Below, piece after piece: positions 17,794 through 27,149 of a stretch of 36,667 bases of DNA (the stretch's first letter is position 1; each line of letters starts with the position of its first letter). Origin of the DNA: a bacterium (GTDB taxonomy: Bacteria > SZUA-182 > DTGQ01 > JAFGSM01); the NCBI GenBank assembly GCA_049472355.1, contig JBLIRP010000032.1:1-36667 (forward strand), read 5' to 3'. Under the pieces are notes generated by a model that searched no databases, was not told the origin of the DNA, and saw only the letters and a list, made by a program, of their open reading frames with translations. Both the position numbers and the translations under genes were made by a program.

Positions 17794-17816
17794 TAAATCC
17801 TCCGCTGGAACACAAT

Positions 17817-20225
17817 CTATCGCAGTTCAGCGCCTAATACAGAGCATAATCGATCTATGATTCGTTGATGAACCTCATTGACCTCTTCGTCGGTGAGTGT
17901 CCGGGCCTCGGAACGGTACATCAGGGAGAATGCGAGGCTCTTTTTTCCCTCCGGGATCTGTCGTCCGACGTAGATATCAAAGAGCGATACGTCCCGTAAT
18001 AATTCCCCTCCTTCTTCTCGAATCAGATCAAGCACGTTTCTGAAGGTTGTGCGCTCGTCGATGATAATGGCCAAATCTCGCAACACGGGGGGGAATTTGG
18101 GCAACGCCACAAACGTATATTCACCCGGCTGCGCACGTTCAACCAAAGCATCGAAATCCAGTTCGGCAACCAGGGCGGGTTTCTTGAGATCGAAGTATTC
18201 TCGTATCCGTCCTGATACATATCCCACAATCCCGAAACGTGATCTTCCATCGGTTATGTGGAGCGCTCCTCCCTCCTCCAGCCACGGAACCGAGGCAGGT
18301 TCGAGGCGATATTCCCTGATCCCGACCTCCTCCAGGAGAAGCTCAATCAAACCCCTTATATCATAAATATCGACATTTCGTTCTGGAATACGCCAATGAC
18401 GTCCCCTGTTTCTCCCCATCATGGCAATCCCCAGTCTTGTGCGCTCAATGACGGGCATCGCCTTTTCCTCGGAGGCGAAAAAACAGGTGCTCAATTCGAA
18501 AATCTTGAGGTCCGGATTCTGCCGTGACAGATTGTATACGAGATTTTGAATCAGACCGGGAATGACACTGGGCCGTAATGAATTATGCTCTTCCGTCAAG
18601 GGATTGCTGATCGGGACCGGTTCCGCATTGTCATCCATCCCGATTTTTATATTATCAAATAGCCCCCTCTTTGTAAAGCTGAAATTGACCACCTCGGAGA
18701 GTCCCGCGCCCACCAGGATGTCCCTGGTCATTGACATAATACGTTGATCCTTCGACATCTTTTCGGCCATGGGGATGCTCCCGCAGGGGATGGTGGTGGG
18801 GATGCGGTTGTACCCGTAGAAACGGGCGATTTCCTCCACCAGGTCGATCTCCCCGGATATGTCCTGCCTGAAGGAAGGGGGTTGCACGGTGATATGCTCC
18901 TTGGTCCGGGAGAGGGTGACAAACGAAAGACCGGTGAGGATGTCCTCCATGGTTTTTGCAGGGAGGTCCAGGCCGATGATCATGTTCGCCCGTTTGGGGC
19001 GGAGCCGTATCGGCTCCCTGGTGATGGGCCGTGGATACACGTCCAGGACGCCCTTTGCCGCCCTGCCTCCGGCGAGTTGCAGGATCAACTGCGTGGCCCG
19101 GTCCGCGGAGGGCACCACCCCCTCGGGATCGATCCCCCGCTCGAACCGCTGTGACGCCTCCGTGACCAGCCCCAGCCGGCGGGAGGTGTTCCTGATGCTT
19201 GTGGGATTGAAGATGGCGCTCTCGATGAGCAGGTTGGTGGTGTTCTCGGTCACCTCGGATTCCACGCCCCCCATGACCCCGGCCAGGGCCACGGAGCGCT
19301 CGGCATCGGCGATCATGAGCATGGAGGGGTCCATGGTGCGCGCAGCCCCGTCCAGTGTGGTAAACACCTCCTGCTCCCGGGCAGGCCGAACGATGATCCG
19401 TTTTTTCCGAAGCAGGTCGTAATCGAAGGCATGCAGCGGCTGGCCCGTTTCCATGAGCACGAAGTTCGTCACGTCCACCACGTTGTTAATGGATCGAACG
19501 CCCACCGATTCAAGGCGGGACGCGAGCCAGGCAGGGGACGGACCGATGGTGACGCCGAAGATGATCCTGGCTGCATACCGGAAACACAGATCGGGGTCCA
19601 CGATCTCGATCCCGATATGTTGTTCGATGGGTTCCCCCTCCTCCGGAAAGCGGATCTCCGGCAGGGCTGCCCTGCCGCCGGTCATGGCGGCGACCTCCCT
19701 GGCGATGCCGAGGTGTGAAAGGCAGTCCGCCCGGTTCGGCGTGATCTCGACATCAATGATGGTGTCAGACAGGTTGAGGTATTCCGCAAGGTCGCTTCCC
19801 GCGGGTGCATCCTGGGGAAGGATCATCAGGCCGGAGCGGTCGTCTCCCAGGCCGAGCTCCCATGCGGAACAGAGCATTCCCGCGGAGGCCACCCCCCTGA
19901 GGGTTGCCTCCTTGATCTCGCCTGCGCGGGGAAGGACCGCCCCGGGAAGGGCAATGGGGACCCTGTCCCCCGGTTTCATATTCGTTGCCCCGCACACCAC
20001 GGTGGTGGTATGCTCCCCGATATCCAGCGTGCACAGGCAGAGCTTGTCGGCATTGGGATGGGGATCGATCCGGGTGATCAGGCCGACCTTGCAAAGATCA
20101 AGCCCCCGAAGGTACCGGGAAATCCCCCCGATCTCCAGCCCCAGCATGGTCAGCCGCTCCGCCAGCTCCTCCGGCGGGAAGGGGACCTCCACATACTCCT
20201 GTAACCAGTTATACCCGATGTACAT
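17817..20225 (-). CDS. pheT: Phenylalanine--tRNA ligase beta subunit
   Basis: HPNADKL, VCGATN, ITPNRADCLS, NNVVDVTN, RFERGID, DLVEEIAR, C-terminal FDX-ACB (KKSLAFS). Confidence 0.97.
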   Translation of the reverse strand: MYIGYNWLQEYVEVPFPPEELAERLTMLGLEIGGISRYLRGLDLCKVGLITRIDPHPNADKLCLCTLDIGEHTTTVVCGATNMKPGDRVPIALPGAVLPRAGEIKEATLRGVASAGMLCSAWELGLGDDRSGLMILPQDAPAGSDLAEYLNLSDTIIDVEITPNRADCLSHLGIAREVAAMTGGRAALPEIRFPEEGEPIEQHIGIEIVDPDLCFRYAARIIFGVTIGPSPAWLASRLESVGVRSINNVVDVTNFVLMETGQPLHAFDYDLLRKKRIIVRPAREQEVFTTLDGAARTMDPSMLMIADAERSVALAGVMGGVESEVTENTTNLLIESAIFNPTSIRNTSRRLGLVTEASQRFERGIDPEGVVPSADRATQLILQLAGGRAAKGVLDVYPRPITREPIRLRPKRANMIIGLDLPAKTMEDILTGLSFVTLSRTKEHITVQPPSFRQDISGEIDLVEEIARFYGYNRIPTTIPCGSIPMAEKMSKDQRIMSMTRDILVGAGLSEVVNFSFTKRGLFDNIKIGMDDNAEPVPISNPLTEEHNSLRPSVIPGLIQNLVYNLSRQNPDLKIFELSTCFFASEEKAMPVIERTRLGIAMMGRNRGRHWRIPERNVDIYDIRGLIELLLEEVGIREYRLEPASVPWLEEGGALHITDGRSRFGIVGYVSGRIREYFDLKKPALVAELDFDALVERAQPGEYTFVALPKFPPVLRDLAIIIDERTTFRNVLDLIREEGGELLRDVSLFDIYVGRQIPEGKKSLAFSLMYRSEARTLTDEEVNEVHQRIIDRLCSVLGAELR

Positions 20226-20227
20226 GG

Positions 20228-21235
20228 TCAGAATTGCCTCAGGAATCGCATGTCATTGTCAAAAAAGATGCGGATGTCGTCCACGCCGTATTTGAGCATG
20301 GCCACCCGCTCCACCCCCAGGCCGAAGGCGAACCCGGTCACCTCCTCGGGATCGTAGCCCACCTCAACCAGAACATTGGGGTGGACCATGCCGGCGCCGA
20401 GTATCTCCAGCCATCCGCTCTGGGAACAGACCCTGCAGCCCTTTCCCCCGCAGTTCACGCAGGATATGTCGATCTCCGCACTGGGCTCGGTGAACGGGAA
20501 GAAACTCGGCCTGAACCGCAGCCTGGTGTCCGTGCCGAACATCTGGTGCACGAAGCTGGTGAGCACCCCCTTCAGATCGGCGAAGGAGACCTGGTAGTCC
20601 ACAAGCAGGCCCTCCACCTGGGTGAACATGGGGCTGTGGGTGACGTCCGCATCCCGGCGGTATACCTTGCCCGGGGCAATGATGCGCACCGGGGGGGCCT
20701 GCCGCTTCATCACCCGTATCTGCACCGGAGAGGTATGGGTCCGCAGCAGGATGTCCTTGTCGATGTAAAAGGAATCGTGCATGTCGCGGGCCGGATGGTC
20801 GTCGGGGAAATTGAGGGCGCCGAAGTTATAATAGTCGGTCTCTACCTCCGGACCTTCGGCGATCTGGAACCCAAGGCAGAGGAAGATGCGGTATGCCTCA
20901 TCGAGGATCCGGGTGAGGGGATGCCGGTGACCCCGTTCCGGGCGCTGGCCGGGCAGGGTAAGATCGAGCTGAATGGCCGCCCGGGAAGTGCCCGCCTTGA
21001 GCGCCTCGATCCTTTCCTCTATCTCCCGGCTGAGCGAGTCCTTGGCACGATTGAGCAGCTCTCCCATGCGGGGCCGCTCCTCGGGGGGAAGCTGTCCTAT
21101 CTGTTTGATCAGACCGGTGAGCCTTCCCTTGCGCCCGAGATAGGTGACCTTGATGTTCGAGAGGGTCTCGATGTCCCCTGCAGCCCGAACCAATCCCTCG
21201 GCTTCGGCTTTCAGGGCCTCAAGATCGAGTCCCAT
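20228..21235 (-). CDS. pheS: Phenylalanine--tRNA ligase alpha subunit
   Basis: [39 protein letters not shown]. Confidence 0.98.
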   Translation of the reverse strand: MGLDLEALKAEAEGLVRAAGDIETLSNIKVTYLGRKGRLTGLIKQIGQLPPEERPRMGELLNRAKDSLSREIEERIEALKAGTSRAAIQLDLTLPGQRPERGHRHPLTRILDEAYRIFLCLGFQIAEGPEVETDYYNFGALNFPDDHPARDMHDSFYIDKDILLRTHTSPVQIRVMKRQAPPVRIIAPGKVYRRDADVTHSPMFTQVEGLLVDYQVSFADLKGVLTSFVHQMFGTDTRLRFRPSFFPFTEPSAEIDISCVNCGGKGCRVCSQSGWLEILGAGMVHPNVLVEVGYDPEEVTGFAFGLGVERVAMLKYGVDDIRIFFDNDMRFLRQF

Positions 21236-21236
21236 A

Positions 21237-21590
21237 TCAGAGGGCTTCTTTTGCTGCTTCGGTTAACTTGGCAAAGGCCTGGGGATCGTTGACCGCCATG
21301 TCGGCAAGCACCTTTCTGTCCAGATCGATGCCCGCCTTTTTCAGCCCCTGCATGAATGTGCTGTAGGAAAGCCCGTGGTTCCTGACCTCCGCATTGATCC
21401 TTACGATCCACAGCCTTCGGAAGAACCGCTTTCTGGTCTTGCGGTCCCGGTAAGCATAGACAAGGGACCGGTTGACCGCCTCCTTGGCGGACCTGAAGAG
21501 CTTGCTCTTTGCCCCCCAGTACCCCTTGGCCAGCTTGAGTACCCTTTTGTGTCGCTTCTTGACGACAGTGCCTCGTTTAACCCTTGACAT
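21237..21590 (-). CDS. rplT: 50S ribosomal protein L20
   Basis: MSRVKRG...KLAKGYWG...YAYRDR...LWIVRINA...[10 protein letters not shown]. Confidence 0.98.
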   Translation of the reverse strand: MSRVKRGTVVKKRHKRVLKLAKGYWGAKSKLFRSAKEAVNRSLVYAYRDRKTRKRFFRRLWIVRINAEVRNHGLSYSTFMQGLKKAGIDLDRKVLADMAVNDPQAFAKLTEAAKEAL

Positions 21591-21633
21591 AGTAATACAT
21601 CTCCTTGTGTGAAAAATTGATGGAGGTTTCTAT

Positions 21634-21837
21634 TCAGGCGTAGGGAAGGAGATGCCGTATCTGGGCCTTGTCCGCCGGCGCGATGTAACCGCCCTTGCGC
21701 AGGTTTCTCTTGCGCTTGGGCGATTTTTTGGTCAGGATATGGCTGGCGTAAGCCTTCCGGCACTTTATCTTCCCGGTGGCAGTAAAGCGGAACCGCTTTG
21801 CCGCCCCTCGATTGGTCTTTAATTTTACCTTTGCCAC
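21634..21837 (-). CDS. rpmI: 50S ribosomal protein L35
   Basis: [19 protein letters not shown]...[15 protein letters not shown]...LLPY. Confidence 0.97.
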   Translation of the reverse strand: MAKVKLKTNRGAAKRFRFTATGKIKCRKAYASHILTKKSPKRKRNLRKGGYIAPADKAQIRHLLPYA

Positions 21838-21910
21838 AACTGTCCTCTCTCTCTAACCGCCATGATCCGGTGATCACAACGAAAAATGAAAGTTTTTGGA
21901 AACTAATAAT

Positions 21911-22042
21911 GATGGTCTCGTAAAAAGTCGCCGAACCCGTCACTCCGGCGAAGGCCGGAGTCCAGAAGTATTAAAAAAACCGGATTCCCTGTCAAGCACG
22001 GAATGACAGAATAGGCCAAAATCGATTTTTTGCGATTCCGTC
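21911..22042. mobile_element. MITE/REP-like element, copy 2 (132 bp)
   Basis: TIRs GATGGTCTCGTAAAAAGTCG ... CGATTTTTTGCGATTCCGTC; hairpin CTCCGGC-GAAG-GCCGGAG; exact AATAAT direct repeat on both sides (21905-21910, 22043-22048). Confidence 0.85.
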
Positions 22043-22072
22043 AATAATTATTTGAAAACTTTCATAGAGCCC

Positions 22073-22612
22073 TTATGGTGCTTGATGGGCATGACCCTTG
22101 GGCGCGAGGATCATGGTCATGTTCCTGCCTTCCAACTTGGCCCTCTGCTCGACCACACCCAATTCCTCGATCTCCGATGCAACCCGGTCCAACAGGACGT
22201 TGCCGATGTCAGGGTGGGTCATCTCCCGTCCCCTGAATATGATGGTGATCTTGACCTTGTTGCCTGCATCGAGGAATTTCCGGGCGTGATTCAGTTTGAA
22301 CTGAAGGTCATGGTCATCTGTTTTCGGGCGTAATTTGATCTCTTTCACATGGATGACCTTCTGGTTCTTTTTCGCCTCCTGGGCCCGTTTGTGCTGCTGG
22401 TACTTGTACTTCCCGTAATCCATGATCTTGCATACGGGCGGCTTCGCCATGGGGGCGACTTCCACCAGATCGAGCCCCGCCTCTTCAGCCATAACCAGTG
22501 CCTGCGCGAGCTTAAGAATTCCCAACTGCTTTCCTTCTGCATCAATGACACGAACCTCATCGGCCCGGATGCCATTGTTGACGGGTATTTTATCGGTCGA
22601 TTTTGTTATTAT
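22073..22612 (-). CDS. infC: Translation initiation factor IF-3, non-canonical ATA start
   Basis: Frame extends upstream of the track start as (I)[40 protein letters not shown] precedes ATA at 22612; in-frame TGA at 22618-22616. Motifs [23 protein letters not shown]. Confidence 0.93.
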   Translation of the reverse strand: MITKSTDKIPVNNGIRADEVRVIDAEGKQLGILKLAQALVMAEEAGLDLVEVAPMAKPPVCKIMDYGKYKYQQHKRAQEAKKNQKVIHVKEIKLRPKTDDHDLQFKLNHARKFLDAGNKVKITIIFRGREMTHPDIGNVLLDRVASEIEELGVVEQRAKLEGRNMTMILAPKGHAHQAP

Positions 22613-24560
22613 GTTTCACCTCCTGTAGTGTAAGATCAGTCTCCTTCTTGATCTTGATGATGAATTCCGGGAGCGCGTACTCGATCAACTCCCCTGTATC
22701 CCTTGATCGGCAATTTACCGTTTTCTTTTCGACCTCCCGGTCCCCGAGGACCAGCATGTAGGGAACCTTCTCCATGCGCGCCTCCCTGATCTTGAACCCG
22801 ATCTTCTCGTTCCTCAGGTCGGTTTCCGCCCTGATCCCCTCTTCCTTCAAGGCCTCGGCGACACTGAGGGCGAATTCATCATTGCGATCGGTGATGGTCA
22901 GGACCTTCACCTGCACGGGTGAGAGCCACACCGGGAATGCGCCGGCAAAGTGTTCGATCAGCACCCCCATGAACCGCTCCAAGGATCCCAGGATGACCCG
23001 GTGCAGCATGACCGGGCGTTTTCGCTCCCCGTCGGAATCCACGTACACCAGGTCGAACCGCTCGGGCAGGGTGAAATCGCACTGTATGGTGGCGCACTGC
23101 CAGCTCCGGCCCAGGGCGTCCTTCAGCTTCACGTCGATCTTCGGCCCGTAGAAGGCCCCCTCCCCGGCGAAGACCTCGAAGGGGATGCCGAGATCGTTCA
23201 GTGCCTCGGACAGTGCCCGGGTGGCCCTTTCCCAGTCCTCATTGGTGCCGATGAACTTCTCGGGCTGGGTGCTGATCTCCATGTGGTATTCGAACCCGAA
23301 CAGAGCCATGACATCCATGACGAACCGGATCACGCCCTGTATCTCGTCGTTCAGTTGATCGGGCCTGCACAGGATATGTGCGTCATCCTGGGTGAACCCC
23401 CGCACCCGGGTGAGGCCGTGGAGCACCCCCGATTTTTCGTGGCGGTGCACATGGCCCAGCTCGAAATAGCGTATGGGCAGGTCCCGGTAGCTTCTGATCT
23501 TCGATTTGTAGATCAGCATGTGGGCAAGGCAGTTCATGGGCTTGATGCCGTACCGCTGCCCCTCCACCTCGGTGAAGTACATGTTTTCCCGGTAGTGGTC
23601 ATAGTGGCCCGATTTCTCCCACAATTCCTGCTTCAGGAGCGTGGGGCCGTACACCACCTGGTAGCCGCGCCTGAGGTGCTCCTTCTTTTCGAAGTCCTCG
23701 ATCAGCATCCGCAGCAGGGCGCCCTTGGGGTGGTAGATCACCAGCCCGGCCCCCGCCTCGTCCGATATGCTGAACAGGTCCAGCTCGCGTCCCAGCTTGC
23801 GGTGGTCGCGTCTTTTGGCCTCCTCCAGCCTGCGCAGGTGCTCCTTGAGCATGGCAGGGCTCGCAAATGCGGTCCCGTAGATGCGCTGGAGCATGACGTT
23901 GCGCTCGTCGCCGCGCCAGTATGCGCCGGCGATGCTCAGCAGCTTGCACGCCTTGATGACCCCGGTGGAGTGCACGTGGGGGCCACGGCACAGGTCCAGG
24001 AACTCGCCCATCCGGTAGGTGCTGATCTGCTGGTCGGGGATCTCCTGAATCAGCTCTATCTTGTAGGGCTGCCCCTTTTCCTCGAACAGGGCGAGGGCCT
24101 CCTTCTTTGGCAGGACCCGTCGGACAAAGGGGAGGTCCTGGTCGATCAGCTCCCGCATGCGCTGTTCGATCTTCTCCAGGTCCTCGGGAACGAGGGGCCG
24201 GGGAAGCTCGAAGTCATAGTAGAACCCCTCCTCTATGGCGGGGCCGATGGCGAACCTGGCCCCCGGGAAGAGATCCATCACCGCGTGCGCCATGACGTGC
24301 GAGGCGCTGTGGCGGAACACCTCCTGTCCCTCGGGCGTATCGAAGGTAATGAATTCCACTGCGCAGTCTTCGGTGACCGGCTGGTCCAGATCAACCAGCC
24401 TCCCGTCGATTTTCGCGACCAGGGGGTTTTTGATCCCTGCGGAGCGGGCGGCCTCCAGGAGACTGGCCCCCGGGGAACAGGTCACGCTCGATCCGCCGGG
24501 CAGGGAAAGGGAAATCGTTCGATCAACCCGTGCATCGGTTTTCGAATGCTCATCCTTCAT
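22590..24560 (-). CDS. thrS: Threonine--tRNA ligase
   Basis: TGS domain, [55 protein letters not shown]. Confidence 0.98.
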   Translation of the reverse strand: MKDEHSKTDARVDRTISLSLPGGSSVTCSPGASLLEAARSAGIKNPLVAKIDGRLVDLDQPVTEDCAVEFITFDTPEGQEVFRHSASHVMAHAVMDLFPGARFAIGPAIEEGFYYDFELPRPLVPEDLEKIEQRMRELIDQDLPFVRRVLPKKEALALFEEKGQPYKIELIQEIPDQQISTYRMGEFLDLCRGPHVHSTGVIKACKLLSIAGAYWRGDERNVMLQRIYGTAFASPAMLKEHLRRLEEAKRRDHRKLGRELDLFSISDEAGAGLVIYHPKGALLRMLIEDFEKKEHLRRGYQVVYGPTLLKQELWEKSGHYDHYRENMYFTEVEGQRYGIKPMNCLAHMLIYKSKIRSYRDLPIRYFELGHVHRHEKSGVLHGLTRVRGFTQDDAHILCRPDQLNDEIQGVIRFVMDVMALFGFEYHMEISTQPEKFIGTNEDWERATRALSEALNDLGIPFEVFAGEGAFYGPKIDVKLKDALGRSWQCATIQCDFTLPERFDLVYVDSDGERKRPVMLHRVILGSLERFMGVLIEHFAGAFPVWLSPVQVKVLTITDRNDEFALSVAEALKEEGIRAETDLRNEKIGFKIREARMEKVPYMLVLGDREVEKKTVNCRSRDTGELIEYALPEFIIKIKKETDLTLQEVKHNNKIDR

Positions 24561-24678
24561 GCCTGCTCAACTCATCATCGGCGAGAAATAGGTCGATCGG
24601 GGCTGTGGGTACACCGTCATCGTATATACCATCATTGCCGTTTTCCTTTTTTCTCACTATGCCATCGAATGACCCTAA

Positions 24679-24730
24679 TAAAAAGGCATCATCAAAGATA
24701 GTCAGGGTATCTTTCGATGATGCCTCTTTA
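24679..24730 (-). terminator. Probable intrinsic terminator downstream of tRNA-Val
   Basis: Minus strand AGAGGCATCATCGAAAGATA-loop-TATCTTTGATGATGCCTTTTTATT: long stem followed by a U-tract. Confidence 0.65.
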
Positions 24731-24827
24731 GGGACTGAATGCTAATGCGCACAATCTGCTTTTTTGACTTTCCCATGAAAAAGGTGCTATGTCAAAAGAG
24801 GCGATCTTGTTTAACCCGTTTATACGA

Positions 24828-24902
24828 TGGTAGGCACGGGCGGTTTCGAACCGCCGACTTCTACCGCGTCAAGGTAGCGCTCTCCCCCTGAGCTACGTGC
24901 CT
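24828..24902 (-). tRNA. tRNA-Val(GAC)
   Basis: AGGCACGTAGCTCAGGGGGAGAGCG-CTACC TT GAC GC GGTAG-...GGTTCGAAACC...GTGCCTACCA; 75 nt, encoded CCA. Confidence 0.96.
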
Positions 24903-25044
24903 ATACTCACTGTATGCCAACCTGTAATAACGCTCTAAAAAACAACAGCCAAAGCATGTATGTCACCTATCAGAATTTACTGACAGGGTATATTCCATTG
25001 TTGAACATTACCGAATAATTTAATTTTTACAGGGACATCCAAAA

Positions 25045-25073
25045 ATAGTAGTAAAAAAAAAGCCTTCTGTCAA
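25045..25073 (-). promoter_or_regulatory. Sigma70-type promoter upstream of tRNA-Val/thrS
   Basis: Minus strand TTGACA (25073-25068), 17 bp, TACTAT (25050-25045). Confidence 0.7.
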
Positions 25074-25087
25074 GTTTTCGGTGTCAT

Positions 25088-25333
25088 TCACCCCTGGTCC
25101 GCACCATCATCCTCCCCTGCCTCCCGGAGGATTGCCTGGGCGCTCTCCAGGTCCTCGGCCCTGACCAGTATCCTTATCTCTCCGATATGGCCGACATCAA
25201 AGGGAAACTGGGAGACCCGGTAGGATTTCAACTGCACGGGTATGCCGTTTGATTCGAGGAGTCCTTCAATGAGACGTGCCTCGTAATCCGCGGTGGTGGA
25301 ACACAGCTCAACCCACTCGTCGTCGTGTGCCAT
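25088..25333 (-). CDS. Small DUF2007-like (putative signal-transducing) protein
   Basis: W......EARLIEGLLESNGIP...EIRILVRAEDLESAQAIL pattern; starts 2 nt after the upstream stop. Confidence 0.75.
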   Translation of the reverse strand: MAHDDEWVELCSTTADYEARLIEGLLESNGIPVQLKSYRVSQFPFDVGHIGEIRILVRAEDLESAQAILREAGEDDGADQG

Positions 25334-25335
25334 GG

Positions 25336-26928
25336 CTACTGCTCTTTTTCCCCGAATACCTGAGCGGCGAAGATATAGATATCAGCCCCTTTTTCCCATG
25401 CGTTCTCGGGTAATCCCGCCTTACGGCAGGTCTGTGCCAGGAATGTCTCCCTGTCCCAGCCATACTCGGTGGCCACTTGCGGCAGAAGCAGGCCGCTGTT
25501 ATGGGAATGGGAGATGTACAATCCGTGTTCGCCGACCTTGATTTCATTGATGTCCTTAATTGTGCGCAGCGGCGTGAGCGCGGATATCTCTATGTCGATG
25601 TCGTCCAGCTCTTCCTTCCTCAGGGTGGGAAACCGGTAATCCTTGACCGCCGCGGATATCGCACAATCGGCGGTCGCCTTGTGCAGAGGCATGACGGGCT
25701 TTATGAACCCGATGCACCCCCGCAGCATACCCTTCTTATGGAGGGTGACGAACACACCTCGCGCCTCCAGAAGCCGTGGCTCGGTGACCTCGATCCGGGG
25801 CGGATCCTGCCCGGTGAGGTATGCGGTAATGGTGGACCGGGCAATGCGAAGCAATTTTTTCTTTTCTGCGTCGTTCAAGCGCTCTTCCCCTTCGGTCACT
25901 TCGTTCTCACCTCTCTCTGTGGAATCTGATTGTTGTTCGCCGGCCCTCGATGACGTGGTCACCGCGAGCGCGGCATACCCCACCACCCTGTCCTTCATGC
26001 CCGCCGTGTCCCCCGAGTTCGCATAGGTAAGGAGCCTGGTGTCCACCTTCCCGCCCATATGCTTCATTGTCGCGAGCAGGAGGAGCATCGGGCTCAATCC
26101 GCACAGCTCCGCCTTCCCCTCCTGCACCATTCGCTGCAGCCGTGTCCCCTCCCCCGATTGTATCGCCTCGATGGCCCCCTTGTCCAGGGCGGTGGCCGTA
26201 TCGTAGGAATGGTAGTGGGAAAGGTCGGTGCTGACAATGAGCACCGTATCCGGCCGTTTGAGGATCGATGCCAGCTCGCGGGCGATCGGGGTGAGGTCCG
26301 TGGCGGATACCTCTCCCACGATGATGGGGACGATGGAGAAATCCTCCAGCACCGTTTGAAGAAAGGGCACCTGCACCTCCAGGGAGTGCTCATGAAAGTG
26401 TGCGCGCGACTCGAAGGTAACGTTCGGCGATGCATTGGTGAGCCTGGCCGCGGTCTGTTCGTCGATCGGTACGTCTCCCAGGGGGGTTCGATACCTGCCC
26501 TGCGGCCACACCGATGCGCCCTCCAGGGGGAACCGGTGGCTTGGCCCGGCCAGGACCACCGTCCGGATTCCCTTTCCCTTCAGCAGGGCGTAAGAATGGG
26601 CGGCAACCCTTCCGGAATAGAAGTACCCGGCATGGGGGCAGACCAGAGCGACGAGGTCCCCGGAGACCTCCTGGGTGGGGACCTGGTCGAGAAACCCCGT
26701 AATCGTGCGCCGCAGCTCTTCGGGCGATGCAGGATAAAATTGCCCGCTCACCACGGGCTGTCGTATGAAATTTTTATGTTCGTTGAAGCGCCCTTGTTTC
26801 TCCATGGGCTGTCCTCGCTTTGGTTGGTCATCCGCTTTCGCACAGGAGGAAAAGGTGAGACAAACCAGCAGGAAAGACAGCAGAAGGAAAATAAGACGCG
26901 ATCTCCTCCCGCGCACTCGTTCTCCCAT
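25336..26928 (-). CDS. Fused AmmeMemoRadiSam protein B (Memo-like) and protein A (AMMECR1-like) with N-terminal signal-like peptide
   Basis: Memo: RQPVVSGQFYP, PHAGYFYSG, GPSH, EHSLEVQVPF, STDLSHY, ELCG, VVGY. AMMECR1: RGVFVTL...LRGCIG, DYRF, GLLLPQVA, CRKAGL. Confidence 0.9.
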   Translation of the reverse strand: MGERVRGRRSRLIFLLLSFLLVCLTFSSCAKADDQPKRGQPMEKQGRFNEHKNFIRQPVVSGQFYPASPEELRRTITGFLDQVPTQEVSGDLVALVCPHAGYFYSGRVAAHSYALLKGKGIRTVVLAGPSHRFPLEGASVWPQGRYRTPLGDVPIDEQTAARLTNASPNVTFESRAHFHEHSLEVQVPFLQTVLEDFSIVPIIVGEVSATDLTPIARELASILKRPDTVLIVSTDLSHYHSYDTATALDKGAIEAIQSGEGTRLQRMVQEGKAELCGLSPMLLLLATMKHMGGKVDTRLLTYANSGDTAGMKDRVVGYAALAVTTSSRAGEQQSDSTERGENEVTEGEERLNDAEKKKLLRIARSTITAYLTGQDPPRIEVTEPRLLEARGVFVTLHKKGMLRGCIGFIKPVMPLHKATADCAISAAVKDYRFPTLRKEELDDIDIEISALTPLRTIKDINEIKVGEHGLYISHSHNSGLLLPQVATEYGWDRETFLAQTCRKAGLPENAWEKGADIYIFAAQVFGEKEQ

Positions 26929-27149
26929 CCCCAGGCACCTGCCTGTTACATGTTACACTCCCCAAGGGATATCCTGTCTCATCGGGACCATTGCCTCGGG
27001 TGTACGGTCCGTTTTATGGTTTTCCCGTCGCATGAGGCGGAGCAATGGATGCGCATGCTCCCTATCAAGCTTGTATCACATTTTGCCGCTTTTAACAAGA
27101 CGGGGAAGGGGTATTTCCCTGTATGCCCGTGACGTGATTCCTGGTTTTT

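Noticed and set aside
21401..21943. 180-aa ORF starting inside the MITE; similarly 7995-8177
   Set aside because: Begins in repeat sequence and overlaps rpmI/rplT out of frame; these are translations of the repeat.
22950..24701. 583-aa plus-strand ORF
   Set aside because: Antisense shadow of thrS.
24561..24827. T-box riboswitch upstream of thrS
   Set aside because: No T-box consensus (GGTGGNACCGCG) or stem I motifs seen; the hairpin is explained as the tRNA-Val terminator.
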